DNA of 64,000 nucleotides, from positions 310,001 through 374,000 of the forward strand of contig JALMLS010000507.1 in the NCBI GenBank assembly GCA_038496445.1. Direction: 5' to 3'. Each line of letters begins with the position of its first letter. The stretch's first letter is position 1. Made by a program: the position numbers and the translations under genes. The stretch is from Trichosphaerium sp. ATCC 40318 (taxonomy: Eukaryota > Protista > Tubulinea). Below the pieces are notes generated by a model. It saw only the letters and a program-made list of their open reading frames with translations, was not told where the DNA came from and did not search any database. Positions 53,725 through 64,000 of this stretch are shown piece by piece.

Positions 53725-56155
53725 ATGTCAACAAAAGGTACAGCTTGTGTCGCTGTTTTCTTCCTCTAACTGGTGTAGTTTCATTTCTGAGAGCCGGCAA
53801 AATAAGTGTACGCTATGCAAAGGGCGATATCAGATACTTGAAAGTTGGAAATGTCGAAATCATGCGAAGGATATACAGCGCAGTAAGAGACGAGCGATGG
53901 GGTACTGTTGTTCCAGTATTAAGCGACGAAGTCGTTCAGGTACATTTTTTGGTTGCACGCCAACAAAAACCGTTTAATGTGTTGATGATTGTATTATAAC
54001 ACCCTCAGGATCACGGTGATCATTTTGAAATCACTTTTACTGCTTCTTGTGTCCAAAACTCAGATAATATTGATTTCACTTGGCACGGCAAAATCACAGG
54101 TCTGTACGCTCTTGTAGTGCTATATTTTTGCATAACATAAAGAAACAGGTACAAAGGAAAGCACAGTAACGTTTTCTTTTGAGGGAACTGCAAATACAAC
54201 GTTCATGCGTCAAAGGCACGTGCGGTGAACCATTTTTTGTTTGAAATATCCAAAACAACATAAGCTTTTAACGAATTCGTTAGGATTGGTTTTTGTATAC
54301 TACATGGTCCTCATGCATCAGGAGCACAGTGTGGAATAGAACATGTACTTGTTACAAACGTTGAGATTTACCTAAAACGGTTTTATTGAAAGGTTGATGG
54401 CAGTGTCGAAGAATCGAAGTTTCCTACGAATATTTCACCTCATCAGCCTTTCAAGGATATCAAAGCAATTACACATAAGATCACTAGTGATATTACTTCA
54501 AGAGGTATGGAGTTGAAGGCGTTGTTAAATGGATATTAAAGAAGGTTGTTGTAGTGTCAGTTTCTGGTGATATTTTTGAAATGGAAGATCAAAGAAATTG
54601 GACAGATGCTTCATTTAAAACCTACTGTACACCCTTAGAGATTCCTCATCCGGCAAAAGTAAACAAAGGAGATATCGTAAAACAGAGCGTCACCGTTTCT
54701 CTTGATACATGCAACGGCACCTCAGAGGAGGCAAAGAAAGGTAAGTTTTCAGGTTGAAAAGGAAACAAAAACCAATCTTATTTTTGTCTTAGAGCCTTGT
54801 ATTACTGTTGGTGAGTCGGTTACTGGATCTGGAGTACCTAAATTAGGTTTGTGCATGTCAAAGGCTGTACCAAGCCTTGAATTGAATACACACACAGACG
54901 ATGAAGTTCAAGTCCTTAAAAAACTTGGATTATCTCATTTACGTTGTGATCTTCGTCTTAAAGACTCGGGCGCATGTGATAAACTTAAAGAAGCAACCGA
55001 ATTAGCTCATAAAGTTGGCGCTTCTTTGGAACTTGCACTTACTCTTTCTACTGAGTATGTTAAAGAAATTGATGGACTATTCGCTGAAATCGAAGAGTTG
55101 AAGTCTCCTATTGCTTGGATTTTAGTCTACCATCTTGATCATAGTGTCACACCTCCAGAATGCGTTAAGTACGTTAAGGAAAAGTTCAAGGGTATAGAGT
55201 GTGGATCGGGTAAGCAGATTAATCTATTCTTAATCATTGGTCTAATAGAGGTTAACAGGAAGCAACATTTACTTCACAGAATTTAATAGAGGAAAGCCAG
55301 ATTTATCATTTTCCGATTTTGGGTGTTATCCGATAGCATCACAAGTGCATGCCTTTGATAATATAGATATTATTGAAACGCTTCCTATACAGGTACTTAC
55401 CGATAAATTGTTAATAAACAGTCTTTTGATGGTGTACATTAAAGGCAGTAACTGTTCAAAGTGCAAAAATAATGTATCCAGAAAAACCAATATCTGTGTC
55501 ACCGATAACATTGAAGAAGAGATTCTATAAACCTGTATCAGATAATGAAATACCTCCAAGCACTGATGAAAGACAAAATAGTTCGTTTATAGCTTGCTGG
55601 ATGGTTGGCAGTTTGAAATCAATGTTAAGTTCTGGAGTGAGATCAGTCACTTACTTCGAGACATCAGGTTAGAGTTTTCAACTTCGTAGCTTTCTATTGT
55701 TTGTTCCTTGATTGTTAATTTTTGCTATAGGTCCAAGGGGTGTTGTATCTGGTAGTAATGCGTATCCTTGTACTATACCGTTTATTCTATTGAGTGAATT
55801 TAAAGAAGCAAATGTGCTGAAGGTTACTACTTCTGATGTTCTTTCACTTGATGCTTTTGCTGTAAAAAATGATAAGGGCACACTTTTAGTTATTGCAAAC
55901 TACCTAGAAGATGATCAAAAGGTACTGGAAGCTACTGTGTGTAAATACATATCACGTGATTTTAATGATTATCTTAGATTACCGTTAATGGAGTGCCTTC
56001 TAAAGGAACGTTTAAAAAGTTGAATAATGGGAAAACTATCACTGAAGAGGTAAACCTAGTATCAGGTATTTGAATACGTTTTCTAATTCTTGTAGTACAA
56101 AGAAAGTACTATTTCTGTACCTGCCCAAAGCTTGGCGTGGTTTAATTTCAACTAA
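53725..56155 (+). CDS. Bacterial-type D-apionate lactonase (ApnL-like) homologue, intron-rich
   Basis: LRAGKISV..GDIRYLKVGNVEIMRRIYSAVRDERWGT, RIGFCILH, ISPHQPFKDI, GDIFEMEDQRNWTDASFKTYCTPL, YFTEFNR, QVHAFD, DERQNS, VTYFETSG. Family recalled from memory. Confidence 0.75.
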
Positions 56156-56243
56156 CTGACTTCACATCCTGACTCGATACAAGAAATCGTAAAATAAACT
56201 CTGCACTTTAAGTTGCTGTAATTAAGTTGTATCATGTACGAAA

Positions 56244-56753
56244 ATGGCACTTATTTACGCTATGTTCCATGTTAGTATATTGTTAACGTTTATAACAATC
56301 ACCGTCGCCTTATTACCTCATGAAACACCGCTACAAGTAAAGGAGGTGCGTTTTCTGTTTATTAGATTGATTTGGTTTCCAAAGTTGTTTTTCTTCACTC
56401 TAGGGCCAAAGCACGTGCGGTGGGATACCTTGTAATGGAACTTGTTGCTTAGATCCTACATACTTATTCTATTGGTGCTGTCCATCTGGTAACACGTGTA
56501 TGAATAGTCACACGTGTTGTTCTGGAACACGTTGCTTCGATCCAAACAATCCTATTGATGATGTAAGTGATCATACTTATACAAACACAAGACGCGTCGT
56601 AATCATTAATTTAGACATGTTGTTACTCTCATGATGCGAAATGTTGTGGTTTGCCAGTGTCATCTGCTTGTTGTCATCCACCGAACATTTGTTGTACAGA
56701 TTACAATACAGGAAGACAATGGTGCGATTCAAGGTGTAACTAAATCTATGTAA
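56244..56753 (+). CDS. Small secreted granulin-like Cys-rich peptide (3 exons)
   Basis: Signal peptide, then TCGGIPCNGTCCLDPTYLFYWCCPSGNTCMNSHTCCSGTRC. Confidence 0.65.
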
Positions 56754-57169
56754 AGCAAAACTGAAGTTACTATGGCTGCTAAATTTATTCAACTTTTACC
56801 TCCCGCCACATGCTAACGTTTTTTTGAATCAAAAATGTAACTCATACAAACAATTTTACAGGGGAGTTTGCCTTGCGCCAAAAGGTGGTCAACACTTCCA
56901 CAATAACTTCATAAAAGTTACATGGTAGCGCCCATCACTATGAGGGATGAAAAAGGCTTAGGTTAAAAATTGAGATTGGTATCGATAATCTATATTAAAA
57001 CTGTACCTTTCTTAGCTCACAAACTTAAGACTCATGGTGTGCCACCCGTGTTTGATTGTCTAATGGCTGAGTTGATGTGTTGCAACAGTAGTGTACGAAA
57101 CAGTACCTTGAATGTGTCTTAAAGCCATAGACTTAATAATCATTCATTCAAACCGACTCATTTAAAACT

Positions 57170-57352
57170 ATGCCTTACTACGGAGTCCATCGCCCCTGCT
57201 ATTCCCCAACCCCACGCACAAGCCTAAACGCATCCTCAGGGTCTAGACCATCCATTTGTAGACCTAGTTGCCCGCCACCACGCCCAGTCCACCCTCCTCG
57301 CCCAACGATCAGTCGTCCAGACCATGGATGTTACGGTTACAGATGCTACTAG
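57170..57352 (+). CDS. 60-aa Pro/Arg/Cys/Tyr-rich orphan peptide
   Basis: Intact GC-rich ORF with an A-rich start context in AT-rich surroundings. Confidence 0.4.
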   Translation: MPYYGVHRPCYSPTPRTSLNASSGSRPSICRPSCPPPRPVHPPRPTISRPDHGCYGYRCY

Positions 57353-58502
57353 TCAAGCTGTACGTTTAGAAAAAATTCTTCCCTAAAACTCCTTTTACTG
57401 TCCTCCTGATAGTATGGCTAGGCTTACGGAGCGTTGGAGGCTATATGTTAAGATAGAAGTTAAGATAATCTAAAGTTTGTCGCTTTGTTTTCGTTTTTGC
57501 ACTGCGGTTGTAATAAACCTTTCGTTTTGTCTTCTGTAAATTACTTACGTCTGTCGCGATTTTCAATATTCAGTTAATACATCTGGACTTTCACGTGCTT
57601 CAATTTTCACCAGATTGAATACCTTTAGTACTGTTAATAAATTGGTTTTAAGCAGAGTTGAGTCGAACAACAAAAAAGATCAGTTGGATTTGTGTCAAGT
57701 CGTTCTGAAAAAAAATCCCGTGCAAGTACAAAATGAACTAAAATTAGCCTTGCGAATATTTGAAAAAGTCTCGAATACTTCGAGTAAACGAGTAATAAAA
57801 GTATTCCAAACGCATTAATATTGCTGCTTTTAACTAAAGGAAAGGAACAGCTTGTGGAGTCGAAATAAAAATTGCTACTGGTAAATTATGCATAGCTTGG
57901 TAGTGCATTGAAAATGCTTTCCTCAACATACAGGCCCCAAAGTCATAAAAAAATACAAGTGAATTCCATCCACCTTGCGTAGAAGTGTCCTAAGTCGACG
58001 AAGTATCGTGTACTACCACTTCAATAAGTGGGGTTAGCATCCCTTTTGGTTTAGTGGTGTATGAGATAGAAGCTTAGAATTTAGTGTCATCAGATGCTGT
58101 TAGCCACGAAGATATTGAACGTTATCCTATGAATAAGTTCTACAAAGTTTGAACAAATTACAGACTAGGAAGCATAGTTGCTTCAGCAATATTGTTAGTG
58201 TAAGGGTACCGTATTTATACTATGTCAATTACCTTCCGTAGGCATATCATACTAAACAGTATGAAATCTCCCGACATGTAGCAAATTGTAAACAATAATA
58301 CACTTATTTTAATAACTTCTCTTCAATCACTGACTAAGACTCCTGACTTAAGTACGTGATATTATAAACCAAGTATATAATGAATACTTAACAATATTAC
58401 TTCGATTTCCAGTACATGTCTTTTAGTAGAGACCAACGTTTTGTACATTGTTCAGTGAAAGGAGTTCTTGATAAATTGTCAATTTACTATTAATAACAAC
58501 AA

Positions 58503-58844
58503 ATGACTGAACATGCAGTAGAAGAAAAGAAGTGGGTGTTTTGTGGACCTGTGACGTGTTACCAGTCAAAAGGGTTTTACATAACTCCAAATACAACGAT
58601 GGACCAAATAGCATCGCTATACATTGAAATATGGCCCTATAGCGCACAACATAACATACCAACACTAATGATATTTCCTCATGGCTACGGAAAAGTTATC
58701 ACAGATAGACTAGTTGATTTAATACCAATGGAGGAAGGCATGGGCACAAAAACAGTATCAGAACTTGGTATTTATAATCAAGCCAAGACAATACGATTTA
58801 TGATTAAACCTAAACATTTAGATCGTAACAAACAAGAAATATAA
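58503..58844 (+). CDS. Divergent ubiquitin-like (beta-grasp) protein, intronless
   Basis: ITPNTTMDQI..LMIF..G..TKTVSELGI..KTIRFM resembles the Ubl pattern; no C-terminal GG. Confidence 0.5.
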   Translation: MTEHAVEEKKWVFCGPVTCYQSKGFYITPNTTMDQIASLYIEIWPYSAQHNIPTLMIFPHGYGKVITDRLVDLIPMEEGMGTKTVSELGIYNQAKTIRFMIKPKHLDRNKQEI

Positions 58845-59100
58845 AAGTAACGTAGCAAACTACGTAAATAAATACGTATTAGAATACCAGTTGTTTTCAT
58901 CTTTTCTTGCACGTGTAACTAGATCCAAGAGATGGGTGCAGCTAGGTTGCATCAACAATATTAGAGAATCATTGCTGTCGTATATTCTAGTACCTACGGA
59001 GGTGCCATACTGCTACGAAGGGTTGGCAAAAAGTACTCTGAGTTAAAGTACAAAATGGTTATTTGTAAAATAGTAGTTTATTACTTTCTTCTTCCAGTTT

Positions 59101-60319
59101 TTAGTCTTTGTTCTCCTTCGCTTTACCATTCTTCATGATACAATCCATGTCTGGGGAACCATCTTCCGAATAAGTCTTATAAGCGCCCTCCAGAGTACCA
59201 TCCACCTTGTTACAGTGTAACTGCAGCTTACCAGACTCGTACCATTGCTTAAACTCACCATGATGATTTCCATCCTTGAAGCAAACTTCCTGGCACAGGA
59301 CGCCGTTTTGATGCCAATGCTTCAACATACCATCCGGTTCTCCTTCCTTCATAGTACACTCAAGCTCCTTTTCTCCATTCTCATACCATTGATGCATCTC
59401 CCCATGTTGTAGGCCGTCCTTCATGGTACACTGAACATTTATCTGGCCGTTTGGGTAAAAATCTTTGTATTCCCCTTGATAGATTCCGTTTTTCTTCGTA
59501 CACTCAATCTTGACTTGTCCATCCTCAAAATAATCTCTATAAACACCGTCATCTTCTCCGTCCTTCATAAAACAATCTATCTTCAGTTGTCCGCTCTCAT
59601 AGTACTCCTTGTATTCTCCTTCGTGCTTATCGTTGTTCATAGTGCAGCTGACGTGTAGGTTTCCGTTTGGATGCCAACGCTTGTACTCTCCATGTCGAAG
59701 ACCTTCTTTCATGAAACATTGAAGCTCAATGTTGCCGTCCTCAGACCACTCTGTGAACTCTCCGTCTTGGTTACCGTCCTTCATGAAAGCACGACATTGT
59801 ATGTTTCCGTTAGGATGCCATTGTTGATAAGCTCCTTCTGGCTTTCCGTTAAACATCCCACATTGTAAGTAAAGTTGATCATTCGGAAGGAAGAAGTTAA
59901 GTTCCTCAACACTTCCATTGCTGAAGATGAATAACTTTTTAAGATCTGAATCCTTCTCCCATCTTCTGAAAACGCCGTGTTTATCAAGGTTATAATTATA
60001 CCTCGTAGTTACAGCCGCTTGTGCACATAACAAAGGCCATTTAATGTAAATTTCCTTGTCAGCGCACATAATCATTTCGACGATATCGAGAGGCATATGT
60101 ATAATCGAGATAGGTTGTTCTGATTGCGAACTATGCTATCGTCAACAAAATAAAAGTATTTTACGATGAGTTTTACAAATAAAAAAAAATTGTTTTAATT
60201 TTTACGCCTAAAACAGAATGACATGTGGTTTTTTAGGCGTTTCACGTGCGTTTTTGTAAAAAAAGTATCGTAACTTACTTATTGGCGTCTTTGCTTGCGG
60301 TATTTGTTGGCTGTTCCAT
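59101..60319 (-). CDS. F-box-like (WPLLC) + about 11 MORN-variant repeats, protein C (2 coding exons)
   Basis: Exon 1 MEQPTNTASKDAN splices (intron 60131-60278) to SQSEQPISIIHMPLDIVEMIM..WPLLC; regular 24-aa G.Y..W..NG...C.MK.G repeats follow. Confidence 0.88.
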
Positions 60320-61286
60320 GCGAGTGCGTCCAATGAATAGATTGATCAGTCTGAATTTGGTGTAGTAGTTTGAGTAAAAAAAAAATACTAGTTACTTAAG
60401 CTCGTTTTGATTTTGAACTTGAGTCATTTTCTGTCTCGACACTACTCGAAAAATTGGGCAAAAACTTCAGGGTGCCTTGTAGATATCGACTTTTTTTTTG
60501 GGCAGCGGACACTTTCAGAAATTCCGAAATTTTTTGGAGAGAAAAAAAATTGCTTGTCTCGTTATCAAATGACTGAACATGTAGACATTTCAGGCGTTTG
60601 ATCAGAACGAGATTGACTGTCAGAACGTGACCTACGACAACAGCACAGGATAGCAAGCAGAAATCACCCTCCCACCGCACCCTTAATAATTTGGAAAACC
60701 TTTCTCAAAACAAAATTTTTTTTAGAAAACTTTATTTTACATTTCGCGATCGTGTATTTTGTAAATAAACCACGCACGCTCGCTCTGCGCTAGAGCTATC
60801 TGTCAGGGACAGATGTGTTCCTCTCCTCCCAGATCGTCTTCGCTGTTTGATTGGCACAGGTCTGATTTAACATTAAAAAATGGTAATTTTTCGGACTGTC
60901 TCAAAAGTGATGCTATCTAACCCTTTCACTGGCGAATATAATGGTGACACCAAAACATGAGATCAATGAACGTCTCAACAACTGAATGTAGCACGTATGT
61001 GCAATAAATTAACTACAACAATGCCTCCAACTACTGCCCCCTACAGTAAATCCAACAACAAAAACAAACTACAGAACCACCAACACAAACACGTACAACA
61101 CTACCCAACCAAACCACCTACAACCAAGTTCGAACCTCAGAGTAAATAAAGAAAGTACAATTTATAGTGAAGTCCAAGAACCTCCAAACCGAAGTCCATC
61201 CATGGACTTGAGTTTAACTGAACTTATGTAAGGAAGTCACAGTGAACCTTACTGTCCTTGATGATGATAACGTCATCAAGACCCTT

Positions 61287-61340
61287 CACCTTGCGGCCTT
61301 TGCGGCCCAGGTGCACTTTGCGGCCTTTGCAGCCCGGGTG
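61287..61340 (+). repeat. GC-rich 27-nt tandem duplication (24/27 identical)
   Basis: CACCTTGCGGCCTTTGCGGCCCAGGTG followed by CACTTTGCGGCCTTTGCAGCCCGGGTG. Confidence 0.85.
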
Positions 61341-61636
61341 AACATACAGCTTGTAACTTGAATAAACTTAATAAGATAACTCTAACAACGTTTATTAGCT
61401 AACAAGTAAAGAAGAAACCTGGCCAGGTACGTGCCTCTTTACACTTACATCTGCTCGAGAAGGATACAAGTACTCTCTATAACACAGGTATTTATTTGGT
61501 TTTGTTGTTTCACTAAAATTCTCAAGAATTCACTAAGCCAAATTTGTACGATTATTGGAGTTTTTTGTACGAACAACACTAACAAAGACCACCTGAACTG
61601 TAACATTATCCTTTCAATCTCACTAGGTTACAACAA

Positions 61637-61960
61637 ATGGACAAGTTTATCAAATTGACACTGCTTTTGGTCACTGCTTTACTACTAAGCGCCTCTCTTG
61701 CTGGTGTATGCACTGACTATGAAACAAAAGGACAAGTAGTTTGTATCGATCAGCTGAATGTAACCGAATGCTCTTCGCACGTCGCTCAGATTAATGACAT
61801 TGTGACCAAGTGTATCACTGTTTGTCCACCAAACGATCAGATAGAAAGTGATGCCTCTCTTCTCGCAGACGTAGTTCAAAAGATTAACAACCCACCAACT
61901 ACCTTTGTAGCAAGTTTGATACTTTGCAGGGATCTTGACAGATATTGCACGCTGTGTTAG
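61637..61960 (+). CDS. Small secreted 8-Cys helical protein, intronless
   Basis: Clear signal peptide; 8 cysteines in the mature part; ends LCRDLDRYCTLC. Confidence 0.7.
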   Translation: MDKFIKLTLLLVTALLLSASLAGVCTDYETKGQVVCIDQLNVTECSSHVAQINDIVTKCITVCPPNDQIESDASLLADVVQKINNPPTTFVASLILCRDLDRYCTLC

Positions 61961-62379
61961 AAGGCCAACATGTTGCATTGTGTACTCACGTAACAAATAA
62001 CGAAGATTAAATAAAATCACGTTTCTCTAACCGGCATCGAGCGTCCACTCAGCGTTATTACTTTGTCAAAGTAAAAGCAGTTGATTTCGCCATTTTGAGG
62101 TCTTTACACGTTCAGTTCCGCGAAGATACTTCAAGACAACGCAATATGAAGTTTTCATGACACTTTCTTTCTTTCTTGGTTTTGAAGACCGTATATGGGT
62201 ACTAAATAAACGCTGTAACTACTCTCAACTCCAATACGCCCAGAGATGATGTTTATGTGGTGTTTACACAAATTCGCTGACAAAAAGTCGTTGACTTTCG
62301 TACGCTCGGCAGGAACTCCACTCTACACATTAGTTCATTCGGAAAAAGGATCATCGAGCCAGTTCCTTGCTTTTGAAGC

Positions 62380-64000
62380 ATGCTTCAACGAATCCACTCG
62401 CAAATACTCACTAATACCTTCTCGTTCATACTCGATGATGTGGCTGCGATATTTGAGGCTTTTGATAGTGATCAAAAATATCTTGGACAACAATGGTTTG
62501 CTAATAGTTCCTACGCATTTTAACTTATATATACTAGCGTAACAGCTATTTTTGACAAATACGGCGTGAAAGGTGTATACAATTTGCTGAAAAATGCCGC
62601 AGACCTTGTTGGTACATCTAGAACGCGCGTACGTACCCAGTACACATTTTTTTGTATTTTTTACACCTCTACAATTAAACGTTCTCATTATTGAGCTTTA
62701 GGGCGTACCAGAAGCATGTAGAGTAATATTTACAAGGATAACAGAATTTCGTGGTACGTTAACGTCTTTTTTAATGAGTTTTTTTTTTCTGTCACTACAG
62801 TGTCCACGTGGTCGATATACTTACGTTTATCAGATGAAGACGTAGTACCTATAGTAGAGAGACATGTGATGGAGTTAAAACAAGTTGTACACAAGGTACA
62901 AGAGCCTCATCTGACGTTGATTTCAAGCGTTCTTTTTTTCAACTTGTTTTTTGTATTCATTGCTTGTTTTTAGAACCCTAAAGCATGTTCTATGCTGTGC
63001 AAGGATTTAAGGAAGCGGTTTGGTGGATATACAGGGTTATCAAGCTTGAACACTATGTACGGCAGGAGTGTTTAAAAACTCGTTAATTAACTATCCCTAC
63101 AATAGGTCTTCGTTGAAGCAATACTTCACAATGGGTGATATAGTTGGCAGGGGTACTTTTGGCGTAGTTTATAAAGGTACAATCGCTCATGACATTTGTT
63201 AATCTATTGGTTTTTTACAAACTTTATCTTACAAGGTTATAATACTGCTACTGGAGAGGTTGTTGCTATTAAGTGTATAACTTACTCTCAACAAGCTGTT
63301 CATGTTCAAGCCCAGATACTTAAAGAAATACATGTAATGAAAAAACTCATCCATACACACGTTGTAAGGTACTAGCTCTTTGACAAACAATGAAAAAAAA
63401 AAAGGATGCAAACTTTTTTGTTCCATATGTTGCTGAATGAAGATTTCGTCTCATTTCATGTATAGGTTATATGACCATATTATGGATGATAGAAATTTGT
63501 ATATTATAATGGAATACGCTGAATTGGTATGTAGTTTTTATGGCAACTTCGAAACAAAGAAAAAGACATCTCGATTTCTTTATTTGTGTGGCATTAACAG
63601 CAATCTTAAAAGGGGGATTTAGAAGATTATGTATTGTCCCAAGATAATACATTATCGCTTGACACCATAGTAATGCTCATGCGTGAACTCGTCATTGGCT
63701 TAAAATTTTTACGATCAAAACAAATAGTTCATCGGTTCGTTAAGCCATTTCTATTTTTACTCACTGAACCACCTTACAGGGATCTTAAACCTGCGAATAT
63801 TCTTGTTTTTAAAGAAGGTGAAAAGGTTATCCTCAAACTATGCGATTTCACAACAGCGAAAGAAATGGTTCAAGGTACTTATAACAAAACAATCAAATTT
63901 TTCTTTGCTTATTTTTTATCAAGGTGACATAACTAGTACTGTATGCGGAAGTCCGCTATACATGGCCCCTGAGGTATGTAAATGATATTTAGCAGGTATT
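62380..64000 (+). CDS. ULK/Atg1-like Ser/Thr kinase with an N-terminal extension (start uncertain, truncated by window end)
   Basis: VGRGTFGVVYKG, VAIK, MEYAELGDL, HRDLKPANIL, DFT in place of DFG, TVCGSPLYMAPE. Confidence 0.85.

Noticed and set aside
57400-58450. Short ORF fragments in a gene-poor stretch
   Set aside because: Interrupted in all frames, with no recognisable family.
33765-61960. Intact endogenous giant virus or virophage
   Set aside because: No hallmark genes or terminal repeats; the virus-like genes are interspersed with intron-rich housekeeping genes; AAAATTGA and 3' hairpins are not consistently placed.
1-64000. Alternative genetic code or stop readthrough suggested by fragmented ORFs
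   Set aside because: The conserved genes I spliced read cleanly with the standard code; introns explain the fragmentation.
1-64000. tRNA, rRNA, CRISPR, transposase, U12-type introns
   Set aside because: No cloverleaf, array, transposase/RT motif or RTATCCTT donor at an exon boundary was seen by eye.

Overview
A gene-dense, AT-rich (about one-third GC by eye) eukaryotic nuclear region. It uses the standard genetic code and has very many short spliceosomal introns (typically 40-70 nt; GTAxGT donors, CTAAC-like branch points, YAG/AAG acceptors). The gene content suggests a free-living phagotrophic protist, probably an amoeba (inference only). I manually spliced about 25 protein-coding genes. 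In order: VPS13, a GPI-type secreted protein, a TIMP/NTR protein, a globin-PH fusion, a TLDc protein, a 4xLOTUS + BMT5-like methyltransferase, a PL8 lyase, a metallophosphoesterase, PAF1, an ALKBH2-like dioxygenase, a MORN-variant (YwqK-like) repeat gene with an adjacent pseudogene fragment, an F-box/LRR, a Ras with Q61H, an ER FKBP, pantothenate kinase, a purple acid phosphatase, a second MORN-variant gene, a degenerate RasGAP-PH-ankyrin protein, a DWY-repeat protein, a bacterial-type D-apionate lactonase homologue, several small orphans including a ubiquitin-like protein, a third MORN-variant gene, and a ULK-like kinase running off the end. I found no rRNA, tRNA, CRISPR, transposase or giant-virus hallmark gene. 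The most notable signals are five. (1) The palindrome CACGTG is about 10-fold over-represented and common in introns. (2) A dispersed family of F-box-like/MORN-variant genes sits next to F-box-LRR and ubiquitin-like genes. (3) The LOTUS-methyltransferase and globin-PH fusions look unusual. (4) A 65-nt inverted copy of a TIMP exon lies upstream of its own start codon. (5) Several bacterial-type catabolic enzymes are fully intronised. All exon structures and domain calls are by eye, with no database searches.
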